From NCBI GenBank assembly GCA_951406725.2, contig OX597820.1:23684001-23748000 (forward strand): a stretch of DNA of 64,000 nucleotides, read 5' to 3'. Position numbers and translations under genes: made by a program. The notes under the pieces were generated by a model, which was not told where the DNA came from, did no database searches, and worked only from the letters and a program-made list of their open reading frames with translations. Shown here piece by piece: positions 35,171 through 46,987 of the stretch. How positions within the stretch are numbered: the stretch's first letter is position 1; each line of letters begins with the position of its first letter. This stretch comes from Octopus vulgaris. Lineage: Eukaryota.

Positions 35171-36166
35171 CAGTAAACCATTAACGTCTGGTTTACGTCT
35201 GCTCGGCATCGAATGATTATCATCGGTTATCCCTTGTGCTTTTCAATATAATTTCCATGAAATACGCCAAGTATTTTCAAGCAACCTTGTGTTTTTCTTC
35301 ACAAGCGTCTCTTGCTTAAATGTTATCAGCTCAAAAGACAACTGACAAACCGTCATATTTTCAGATTGATAAATTGCAAAATAAATTATTTCGACCAAGA
35401 ATCCCCAGGTAGCTGTAATTACAAGATTCATGGATTTTTTTTTGTTTTGAGATAATCTTTAATAAATGGCGGAATAAATTATTATTTCGACCAGAAAACC
35501 CTGAGTAGCTGTAATTAAAAGATTTGTGATTTTTTATTTGAAGATAATCCTTACTCCTTTAGCTGATCGAGTGCTTTTTCTACTTGATGAAGCATTATCA
35601 CACACACAGCATATTAGATCTCTAAACAGAATACAAGGACGTCTCTCTCTGATGATTAATTGCGGTTCGGCATCCAAATACACATGGAACATCCGATGCT
35701 TAGTTCCAAATAACTGCAACGGTAAAACGTACCTAAGAACTAACAATTTGTACTTATCTTAATTTTTCACTATATATGCTCTATATACCAAAACTTGCTA
35801 TGCTGCTAAGTACAATGGTATACTAACCACTATACTAGAAGCTTACTGGATACCGATAATCTACATGGAGCAATAAATTCATACATTTAACTGCATGCAC
35901 ACTTTATAATAGTTGTTCCTGGTAGATTTGTTTAATGAATGCATTCTTCAAGCATATTATGATCTTGAGATTGTATGGTGAAATGATGTCTGCATGAATC
36001 TCCCATAAATAACTTTTGTAATAGTGCCAGTCCCTGGTTCTTTATAGAACATACTTGTCATTTAAAGAAATAGAGTTGTCATGACAAGAAAGTTTCAACT
36101 TCCACTATGGTTTAAAATATGTAACTTTAAATGCTTTTAACTTCTCTATTATGAATTTTCCAAAAT

Positions 36167-37416
36167 AATAACTGCAGGAGAAATACCTAGCCAAAGATAA
36201 ACCTCTGTACTTGGCTTTTGTTGACTTGGAGAAAGCATTTGACAGGGTCCCCCAATTCCTTGTCTGGTGGTCAGTGTGGAAACTGAGGATAGACAAATGG
36301 CTGGCAAGAGCTGTACAAGCCCTGTACATGGATGCTGTCAGTAAGGTGAGGGTTGGCAACGAGTATAGTGAAGAATTCCAAGTAGAAGTAGGGATTCACC
36401 AAGGATCAGTTCTCATCCCCCTTTTATTCATTATTGTCCTCCAGGCAATAACAGAGTAATTCAAGACAGGCTGTCCCCGGGAGCTCCTCTATGCTGATGA
36501 CTTTGCTCTAATAGCTGAATTACTGCCAGATCTGGAGACAAAGTTTAGGGCATGGAAACAAGGTCTAGAATCGAAGGTTAACTAAAGTCTTAGTAAGTAG
36601 GAAGGCTGTCAAATCACAACCTACTTCAGGTAAATGGCCCCACTCAATCTGTAGAAAAGGCATGGGTAGAAACTCCATACAATGCACCCAGTGTAAGCTA
36701 TGGACATATAAAAGATGCAACAATATCAAAGGAAGGTTAACGGGGAAAATAGTTTTTGCGTGTGGCAGATGCACTGGAGCAATAAACACTGAAGATGTAC
36801 AGAAAACATGCCAGGGAGGGGGAGAAACTATAAGTAGTTAATAGCTTCTGCTACCTAGGCAACCAAGTCTGTAGTGAGAGTGGTTGCTCTGAGAGTATAG
36901 CAACTAGAGTAACAATAGCCTGGACAACGTTCAGGGAGCTCCTACCTCTGCTGGCAACTAAGGGCCTCTCACTCAGGGTGAAAGGTAGACTGTATGATGC
37001 ATGTGTGTGAACTGCCATGCTACACGACAGTAAAACATGGGCCATGAATACTGAGGACATGCATAGGCTTGAAAGAAATGAAGCTAGTGTGATCTGCTGG
37101 ATGTGTAATGTCAGTGTGCAAACATGACAGAGTGTAAGTGCTCTGAAAGAAAAGTTGGGCATAAAAAGTATCAAATGTGGTGTGCAAGAGGCATCTGCGC
37201 TGGTATGGTCATGTCTTACGTATGAATGAAGACAGCTGCGCGTGGAAGGGCCACTCCCTAACTGTAGAAGGAACCCGTGGAAGAGGTAGACCCATGAAGA
37301 CATGGGATGAGGTGGTGAAGCATGACCTTCAAACATTGGGCCTCACAGAGGCAATGACAGGAGACCGGGACCTTTGGAAATATACTGTGATAGAGAAGAC
37401 TTGGCAACTAATGTGA
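36167..37416 (+). mobile_element. Degraded RTE LINE reverse transcriptase and C-terminus
   Basis: LQEKYLAKDKPLYLAFVDLEKAFDRVP, GIHQGSVLIPLLFIIV, ELLYADD, RWYGHVLRM, GRGRP.KTWDEV. Confidence 0.92.
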
Positions 37417-37429
37417 GATCGCAGCCATG

Positions 37430-37760
37430 CATGTCTGGCCCTGTCGGCAGAAGAATCACCTGCTTATCTTCAAGCAAAGAGATTATTGATGCCCCATACT
37501 ACAATGAGGCTCTGGCTACCAGCGGTTTCAAAGATAGGATTAGTTACACACCAGACCCTAACCCTTCCAAGAGAAAGCACTATCAGAAAGTGTTGTGGTT
37601 CAAACCGCCCTTGCCCTTCTCTTTAAGTGTTAAAACACTTAACTTAGTTGATAAGCACTTCCCTCATACAAATAGGCTCAACAGAATATTCAGTAGGTAT
37701 ACCCTGAGAATTTCCTATAGCTGTACCCTCATGTCCACTGAATGGCTACTGTGACATGGA
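37430..37760 (+). mobile_element. Penelope-like element fragment (RT thumb to Zn-knuckle linker)
   Basis: APYYNEAL..SGF...KRK...VLWFKPP.PFS.SVKT..LVDKHFP....LNRIF.R.TLRISYSC, then CPLNGYC in another frame. Confidence 0.75.
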
Positions 37761-37994
37761 GATAAGGCAGAGGTAACAGCCACAGGACCAAATGGACAGC
37801 CAAATGCACATGTTTTGTAATGTCCCCTCTATGTTATGCCTTTATGGCAAAATTTTGAAATAAAGAAGCTTACTTCCCAACCATATGGTTGCGGGTTCAG
37901 TCCCACCTTAGGCAATTGTCTTCTACTATAGACTCAGGACGACCAAAGCTTTGTGAGTGATTTTAGTAGACAGAAACTGAAAGAAGCCCATTAT

Positions 37995-38027
<33 letters not shown>

Positions 38028-39242
38028 TATATATATTTACACACACACACATATATATATTTACATATATGTGTGTGTATGTGTTTGTCCCCCAACCCCC
38101 ATCATCACTTTACAGCTGGTGTTGGTGTGTTTATGTCCCTGTAACCTAGTGATTTAACAAAGAGACTGACAGAATAAGTACTAGGCTTGAAAAATAAGTC
38201 CTGGGGTCGAATTGTTCAACAAAAACCCTTCAAGACAGTGCCCCAGTATGGTCACAGTCAAATGCCTGAAACAGAATAAAAGAATAGAAATTTATGCATG
38301 TTTTCAAACTTTTAGTTAGCTATTTTTTTTTTACATTAATTAATCTAAAGCTTTCCTTTCATAAGTCCCAAGTAACTCTGGGGTTGAAAAAACTGGGACT
38401 ATGTATCACATATATACAAGATAGGCAAAGCGTTAATAAACATGAGATCATTTACATAATTAATTCACATTGTAGACCTTGTTCCTGTCCTCATAAGGTT
38501 CTTACTACTAAAACTTCATTTGCACTGAGAAGAGCTGTATGGCACTTCTTTTGAACATCCAGTTAAAGGTTTCAGACCTGAAGGAATATATCTCATTTAC
38601 TATTGTCTAGAAAGTCTGTATGATGCAATTGCTTTTAAAAATAGTGGTCTAAGATATTTGCAAAATTTCATTTCTCCAATATCCTTTATTTATCTCAGCT
38701 GGTCACTCAAGGACTTCTAATGTATCCAGGTTAGCAATTAATGCTGGGAATGAAGTTAGAAGTCCTTGGTTGGACAAATCTCAGGTTGGACAAATCTCCA
38801 GGAACTTGGATCTGCATGAATAAAATATACATAATCCATCCTGCCCACTTCATGTTTCCAATATATTAAAAATAAATTTGTTGTAAGAGTGGGGGATTCC
38901 TGTATTAGACTGGCTATTTTCCCATTTTTTAAGGAAGTGTCTACAGGCTTTTTATCAACAGTCTTTATATTCTTAACACTGAATTGCAAATGCAATCCTT
39001 GTTAAATGCTTATGTCATTTGATTCTTGTACAATATATCAAAATAGTTGTGTGTGTTTTTTTCTGCTATAAATATATGCAGTTCTAAATATTTTGCAAGT
39101 AGCCTCTGCTTCAGGTTTATGCACAATTGTTTCAAATTATTTCCTTGCACTCTGGAGAAATACCACATCAACACCATTAATGTGTGCTTGTATCTTTGAA
39201 TGAAGTAAACATTTTTGTTTTCTGGAGGTCGATAATGGGATT

Positions 39243-39389
39243 TTCTGTTGTGTCTGGGGAGAGTCATTTTCTTTTTGTACCTTATAATGTAACACACTCA
39301 CCGGTAAAATTTCCACTTATTTCTTATTTTTATTTTACCGGTGAGTGTGTTACATTATAAGAAAATGACTCTCCCCAGACACAACAGAA
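39243..39389. repeat. Fold-back palindrome (~55-65 bp arms)
   Basis: ttctgttgtgtctgggg.agagtcattttct...tataatgtaacacactcaccggtaaaat <> attttaccggtgagtgtgttacattataagaaaatgactctccccagacacaacagaa. Confidence 0.9.
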
Positions 39390-40869
39390 TATGCTTCAAC
39401 ACACAAACTCATATAAAGAATCTTGCAAACCAAATCCCAAAACGAAAGATAATGGGATTGATTTTACATTGCTGTTGAAACTGAGTTTGGGCTCCAATCT
39501 TTTGAAACGCAAGCACCTTATGATTTATATGGATTTGAACCTATACTGGTCATTCAAGAACGCACTGCACGTTCTGCAAAATTATTCATACACTTTGGAT
39601 AAACCTTTTATCTTTCCCCTGGTATGATCACCAATCCATATTCCAGGCCAAGCAAACTTAGTTCTATTTTGTCTTGGTACTCTAATTTCTTTACATATAC
39701 TATAGAAACATAAGAAATACTACCTTATGGAATTACTTTCCCCACATCCAACATGACTTATGGAATCATTTGTACAAATTGCACTTTTTTCTTTCTGTGT
39801 CATTACAATTTTTTGCATAAGTTTGCAACGTTTGATTAAACATAGATTTTTTTACCATAACAGATTTACATATTTTTGGAAGTAGCTTAATAGTGAAAGA
39901 AGTTCATGTATCTGAGACATGATTGAAAAAGTGCATGCCCAAGTGGAAGTAAATTTTTATACTCCATCCAGATTGGGTACAGTAGCTGTTAGAATAGAGT
40001 TTGCTAAATTTTCCTTTTCCCCCAGCAATTTGCTTCTTCTGTGCTTTTTCAACCATCCATGAAATATGTCTAGCCATTGGGAAAGACTGCATTGCTTGAA
40101 AATAACTGAAGGTTGCCAACAGGAAGAGCATCCAGCTGTGGAAAAAAAAATCTGTCTCAAGACATTCTTTCTGATCCATGCAGTCATAGAAAAGTGGACG
40201 TTAAAACGATATTGATGACTGCAATATGTATCTTCACCTCTTATCATTCACAGTGAGGATATCGTATATGAAACCTGTTATTCATAAATAGTGTTGTTAC
40301 TTTTGACTTTTGCGTTATATTCTCATCACAAGATACTTGTCAACCCAAAGCTATAATGGAAAGACATTTTCCTAAGTCGTCATGTCATGAAAATCGAATA
40401 TGACTTCCCATGGTTTCGACATAAACTTCTTAACTACACAACCATGCTTACACCTCTCTAATAATGGTATCCCTTCTAGGCGGCGAGCTGGCAGAAACGT
40501 TAGCACGCCGGGCGAAATGCGTAGTTGTATTTCGTCTGCCATTACGTTTACGTTCTGAGTTCAAATTCCGTCGTGGTCGACTTTGCCTTTCATGCTTTCG
40601 GGGTCGATAAATTAAGTACTAGGGTAGATCTAATCGACTGGGCCCTCCCCCAAAAATTTCGGGTCTTGTGTCTAGAGTAGAAAAGAATGATGGTATCCCT
40701 TACTATACAGATAATCATTAACGTCATCATTATTTATCCACTCCTGTCTGTTCATTAAAGCAATTATTTTTTTATGGCATTCTGCACAGGATCTTTCTTT
40801 TTGTTTTTACAATCATCTGCTTTTGTAATGAAATTAATTTATTAAGTTTCATACATTCCACATATTTCC

Positions 40870-42300
40870 ATCGGGTAAGCCAGTTACGAAAGTATGGCTG
40901 CTCGTTTTGTCGATTAGTTGCAATGTATCACTTAGTTTGTTCTTTATTATCTTGATTAGCCTTTACAAAGATTTTCTTAATGTCTTGTCCTCTCTTAATT
41001 TCCCCGTATTTCTGCATCTATCGTATCTAATTACACCAAATAGCGAAGAAAAATATTAGAAAAAACAGTAAGTTACATAAATACATCTCTACTCCTCACT
41101 AATTTTAGATTTGATTGCTTTTACATGTAAGGAAACTTTAAGATAATCTATGAAATTACTATTTGTATCATTTATCTTAAGATCCTCACAAAGATAATTT
41201 TCAGGCAAATTCTTCTAAATGACACAGTGTTCTTTCATAAGTTTTGTTTTAATTTCTTTATTTATACTCTTGTTTCATTGCATTTTGTGTTTTGAAGCAA
41301 AAATCATACATTATCACTGTTTGAAATGGGGGTAGAAGATGTAAATTATTTTTTAATTTGTTATTCTTGTAATATTTTTCTTTCATAAACTTTCAAAATA
41401 TCGGTCATTTATTTGACCGCATTCTGTTCCTTCATAAAGTGATACGTACGTCCTTGTTACAATGAATTAGGCAAAACCCTTTTATAATTCAAAAAATGGT
41501 GGTTGTCGTTAGTGCGCCGTTGTCGCAATATATATATATATATGTGTGTATATAAATATACATACATACATATATATATATGTGTGTGTATATTACTTAG
41601 CGAATGTCATGTAGGAAAATATATTTAAAGCTATTTCTTGCCTTTAACCATCACCATTATGATTAGAAATATTGCATATTTTCAACTTTTTGACGCATAT
41701 ATTTTTTTCTTGTTTGCATCGGTGATTCTTAGTGAGGAATTATTTTTCCATTTAGCTCCAGAAATTTTAGTGAAACAAGGTGAACAAAAGAAAAGGACGA
41801 AAAAACAAAACAATAACACAGTATCAGTTAGTAGGACAATGTCCAATTGTATTTGATGTGAAATTTATTGTATTTTTTATATATTGTACATCAATAATAC
41901 ACTTAAGTTTTATTAATAGTTAATGTTCACAGTTTAAATTCTATAGCACTTGCCAGCTTTGTAAGGCATCAACTGGGCATTTCTATTGTAACCGTGTATG
42001 AGTAATTAAATGGTTTGGTGGCCGTAATTTTAGGGTGTTAAATAAGAAATTTGCAGTTGTCTTTTGTTTCTACAGTCAATGATAAAACATGAATATTTTC
42101 AGTATTCACAACAGTGGTGGCAGCATAAAAGAAATTTAATTTTCTCGTATCAGTATAATAAAAAAAAGCATTAAAAGACCCCTCTTGTTGATGATGGCTA
42201 TTAGTGTATATGTGGAGCGGAAGAATTTTTTTCTCTGGCGGTTGTGCTACGGTCAGCTTATCTGGCTTAACGGGGAAATTGCTTTTTTGGCGCTGTCGAG
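40870..42300 (+). repeat. Old non-coding duplication; second copy at ~57465-58600
   Basis: Colinear shared blocks: tacgaaagta.ggctg, tgtatcacttagtttgttcttt, ctaa.tacaccaaatag.gaagaaaaatattagaaaa..cagtaagtt, ggt.gt.gtcgtta, agcac.t.ccagcttt, gcgg.tgtgct.cggt. Confidence 0.8.
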
Positions 42301-45044
42301 TCATAATCCCTGTAAATGCATCCTTGACGCGAATAGAACGGAAAGGACAGTCTTGATCTTGTTCCTCTTTGAATTTTTTGTACTATTTAAAATTCAAGAA
42401 TATTTGCTATTTTCTTTCGATGTTCTTTTACCGGCCGGCAGAGAGTACCAAGCAAATCTTTGTTCGGTCGAAGGTTAAATAAGTTAAAATAAAATAGAAA
42501 TATTCGGACGGAATTCTGGTTTAGGCGCCCCATATAAGTGCGGTAGTTTTAGCAGTCGGAAAGTAAATTGAAAATGAAATTAATTCGATAAAAACTAATT
42601 ATTGAATTACTTTCAACGACTTGACTTTATTATATGATCCCATAAAGACCATCTATCTTGGTCGCCCGCCCAATGCCGAAATTTTGTTGCCCTTGACCTG
42701 AAGGCCCATTCAAACTTCCATTCAGAATGCGATACTACTGGTATTTTGTCATAATCAGATAACTCTAGCTTAATTCAGAATTCTCCCGTATGGAGAAGAT
42801 ACACAAGTCATGTACGCTAGATCAACAAGATGTCTAGTGTCATTTGCCGCGAGTGCGTAAGTGTAACGGAGCAGTTGAATCTTCTGAACTTTGGGTAAAG
42901 AAGTTTATGATTGAACCGAAGAATGCTGAGGCATAGTATTGGGATACATCATCTTGAATTTGTATTTCGGTTTCATGGAATGTTTAGTGCAAAAGAGGAA
43001 ATACAATGGAGGTAGGGTGTTTCTAAGAGGTCGATGGTTTGGAGAAAACTGAATGAGACTGTGGCGATATCACGGTCACAGTCGATCACTGACATAACTC
43101 TAGAAAAATTGCTGCTCCATCGATATTTGGCATTGCAATGTGTGAGCTGTGATACAAAACTAAAGATTTGATCAACTTTTAAGGAGTTTATCAGTGTTAA
43201 CGTCAATAATTTCCCATAATATTGTTCCTGGCAGTGATTTGATATGCAGACAGACTTCTGTCTAGCAGAATCGGTCAAAGTTATGGTCTTCAAGCATTAT
43301 ACAATTACAGTTAGGTCTTCGTTGATTTTGTCACTGGATCCCTCGGAAATTTATCTCCCATAACAAATTTGGATAATTTATGTTAATTTATTTAGTTTCA
43401 AATAAATGTATATGTACAAAGTTCGTAACTACCGAAGCTAGAAAAGATGAAAATCTGAAACAAACGAACTTTGTGACTAAGTTGTTCATACACACAAACA
43501 AACAAAATTAAAATTACGAGTGGTAATTTTCGTCTCATTTTCACCATTTTCTTTTTTACACTGTCATTTTAGCAATCTGATCTTAAAAACAATTGATTTG
43601 TTGCAGTAAACACACATACATATCCAAGACTTAGTTATTCTCTATATTTAACAGTCTTTTTAAAAGTTGAAGTTGGAAGTAGGGTTGGGTGCTATTTCTA
43701 GTGTATTTGTTTTAAGGTTCAGTCCCACTGCATGGCACCTTTGGGGCAAATGTCTTCTTTAACCTTGGGTTGGCCATAGCTTGGTGAGTGGATTTGGTAG
43801 ATGAAATTGAATGAAGCCTATTGTGTCAAAATAAAGACCTGCACTCCCTCTCCTGGGTACAATTTCCTTTCAACATCTCATTCATATTTTCCTTACATTG
43901 ATCACTCCTGTGCTACCAATTATATCTCTCTCTCTCCTCAAACTCATGTCACCTTTACTCCCAATCTACCTTTCTTATTTCTTTATTGCCCACAAAGGGC
44001 TAAATATAGAAGGGACAAACAACGACAGACAAACAGATTAAGTCGATTACACCAACCCCAGTGCGTAACTGGTACTTAATTTATTGACCCTGAAAGGATG
44101 AAAGGCAAAGTTGACCTCGGCAGAATTTGAACTCAGAACATAACGGCAGACGAAATACGGCTACGCATTTCGCCTGGCGTGCTAACGTTTCTGCCAGCTC
44201 ACCACCCAATCTACCTTTCTTTAGTCTTGCAGGTTGCAAGGTGACTTCATTAGTGCTGGGGCCGTGAAAAAATGCCCAGTGCACTCTGTAAAGTGATTGA
44301 TGTTAAGGACATCCATCTATAGAAAATATGCCAAAGCAGGCATTTGAGCATAATGCAGTCCTCTGGCTCATTGGATCCTCTTAAATAGTCCAATCCATGC
44401 CAACATAGAAAATGCAAATATGATGGTGGCTGTGTTTGTGCAAAATGGTCTTTCAGTTTTTGTTTTTTCGATTCACTCTCAAGGCTTTGGTTAGCTTGGT
44501 GCTCTAGTAGAAGGCAACTGCACAAAGTCCCACACTATGGGGGCTGAACCTGAGACCATTTGGTCAGGATTAGAAAGTGAACTTAACCACATAAACATGC
44601 CTGTGTCTATATTGTTTTCCATTTTGCTGCTATAACTCAATTATTGCTATGTGAAGGCTGACAGAAAATCAATTTATGGTAAAAGAGAGAAGCAGAACAT
44701 AGAACTGTGAATGCTAATAACTCCAGCCACAAATGAAATGGTTTTGTCTTGATACTTCTCAAATGCAACAGATTTTCAGTGTTTTCATGCATATGGATGA
44801 CATATCATCATCGTCATCATTTTAATGTTCACTTTTTCATACTTGCATATGTAGGATGGATTTTGTTAAAGCAGATTTCCTGTGGTAAGATGCCCTTCCT
44901 GTCATCAACCCTTGTGTTTCCAAGCAGGGAAATATTTTCCCATGGCTTGACATGTTTATGCAGAATATTGGAAATGGCACTACTTACTTAGGTGATGGTG
45001 ACACATACAACTAGCATACAATGTCATGCAATACACATACACAG

Positions 45045-45085
<41 letters not shown>

Positions 45086-45090
45086 TATAT

Positions 45091-45324
45091 AAAAGGAAAT
45101 GAAGAAAATGCTGACAAATAATTGAAGTAATTTGAGTAATTTAATTAGGTGAAAGTTCTTTTTACCGGTTGCGCATTTGTTATGCTTATCAAAATATTTT
45201 GATAAGCATAACAAATGCGCAACCGGTAAAAAGAACAAATGCGCAACCGGTAAAAAGAACTTTCACCTAATTAAATTACTCAAATTACTTCAATTATTTG
45301 TCAGCATTTTCTTCATTTCCTTTT
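45091..45324. repeat. Loopless palindrome (~105 bp arms; 24-bp tandem duplication in the right arm) between (TA)n tracts
   Basis: Centre aaaat|atttt at 45195/45196; arms match by eye except for the duplicated aaatgcgcaaccggtaaaaagaac (45213-45260). Confidence 0.95.
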
Positions 45325-46987
45325 TTATATATCACCACTCGTGTTCGACATCTCCTTTTTTTAAATATATATATATATATATACACATACATGATGGACT
45401 TTCAGTTTCTGTCTCCCAAATCCACTATCAAAACTTAGGTTAGTCCAAGGCTATAGTAGAAGAGGTGCCTGCAGTGGGACTGAACCTGAAACTATGTGAT
45501 TGGAAGCAAGGTTCTTAACCATGGAGCCGTACCCGACTTTTTACAAAATATTTTTAGACTTAGAACTCTTGCCTTTGAATACTGTGGTCAGTAGCATGAG
45601 AGGAACTAAAAGAGCTGCAATAGTTTCTGTGTGACAATCATTGACTGTCCATTCATTGTCTATTCTGAAAGTTAAATATTTTCGCAGAGGACATCTTAAA
45701 ATTCAGTGCACAACGTTGAAAAGACATGTGACAGTGGCAGGATGTGCGAAATGTAATTAAAAGTTAGCTTTCTCTTAATATTCCATAGGCATGCTCAATC
45801 CAAGCTATAGTTCAACACCACCAGGAGTGTTTATGATTCCACTTCAGAAAATAACTGAATTGGATTGTTTCCAGTTACCTTTTTATTTTAACTATTTCTC
45901 CATGATGTTTCATATGAATTAGCAAATGTCAATCTATCCTTCAAGTCAAGGATGGCATATTTGCCAGACAATTATTCAATTGTCTTGAAAATATTTGACA
46001 TGGACCAAGATGCATTGCTGTACTCGAAGACCCACCCACCACAACAGAATTGATATCCTAAAACCAAGGTGCCATGCAGAAAGTATTGGTGCTGATGCCA
46101 CACAAATGGCACTGGTGGTGGTACTATGTAAAAAGCACCCACTACACTCTGTAAAGTGGTTAGCATTGGGAAGGGCACCTAGCAGTAGGAACCCAACCAA
46201 AACAGACTATGGAACCTGGTGTGGCCCTTGGCCTTGCCAGCTCCTTTCAAGTCATCCAACCCATGCCAGCATCGAAAACAGATGTTAAATGATGATCACA
46301 AAAAGCACCCACTATACTCACTGAGTGGTTGGCGTTAGGAAGGGCATCCAGCTGTAGAAACACTGCCAGATCAGACTGGAGCCGGTGCAGCCTCCATGGC
46401 TTACCAGACCCCAGTCGAACCGTCCAACCCATGCTAGCATGGAAAACAGATGTTAAATGATGATGTTCTCTATATTTGGAGAATAATGATATATTGTGTT
46501 AAATACAAACATCTTGCTTGAATGTGCATTCTGACAGCCTAAACACCATTGTCATACTAACGACCTGATTTCATTTTTCCTCCCGTTATATTATCACAAA
46601 CACTTCAAATTCAATTTCAAGTCCCATCACCAATTGGAATCATTCTGCTGTTCATCCCTCCAGAAAGATTTCCTCCTAAGACTATCCACCACATGGCCAC
46701 ATCTTTTCTTCAGAAATTTTCTGTCTCTTTCTTGTTTTACATTCAGTGTCTGTATTCAAGTTTATTCCCCAGAAACTTCTGTTAATGTTTTATTGTCTTT
46801 TATATTTTATACTGTTTTGTTATTTCAGAATTCCTCTCTCCAAAGATACCCCAAGGAATAAATGAAGAGTATGCAAGACTAAAAAATGACCTTATCAAGA
46901 TATGTAATATCAGTTATATAACCTTGAAGTAATTTATGAAGTTGTAAAGAAACGCATTGCATTTGTATTTAATGAACAAGTGGTACA

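Noticed and set aside
42640-43360. Protein-like composition on the minus strand (also ~59700-60215 and ~62180-62450)
   Set aside because: Multiple stops and no recognisable motif; needs BLASTx before any call.
45688-45752. Candidate non-coding exon of the 638-aa ZNF (ttcgcag|...|gtaatt)
   Set aside because: Splice-like dinucleotides alone are not enough without transcript evidence.
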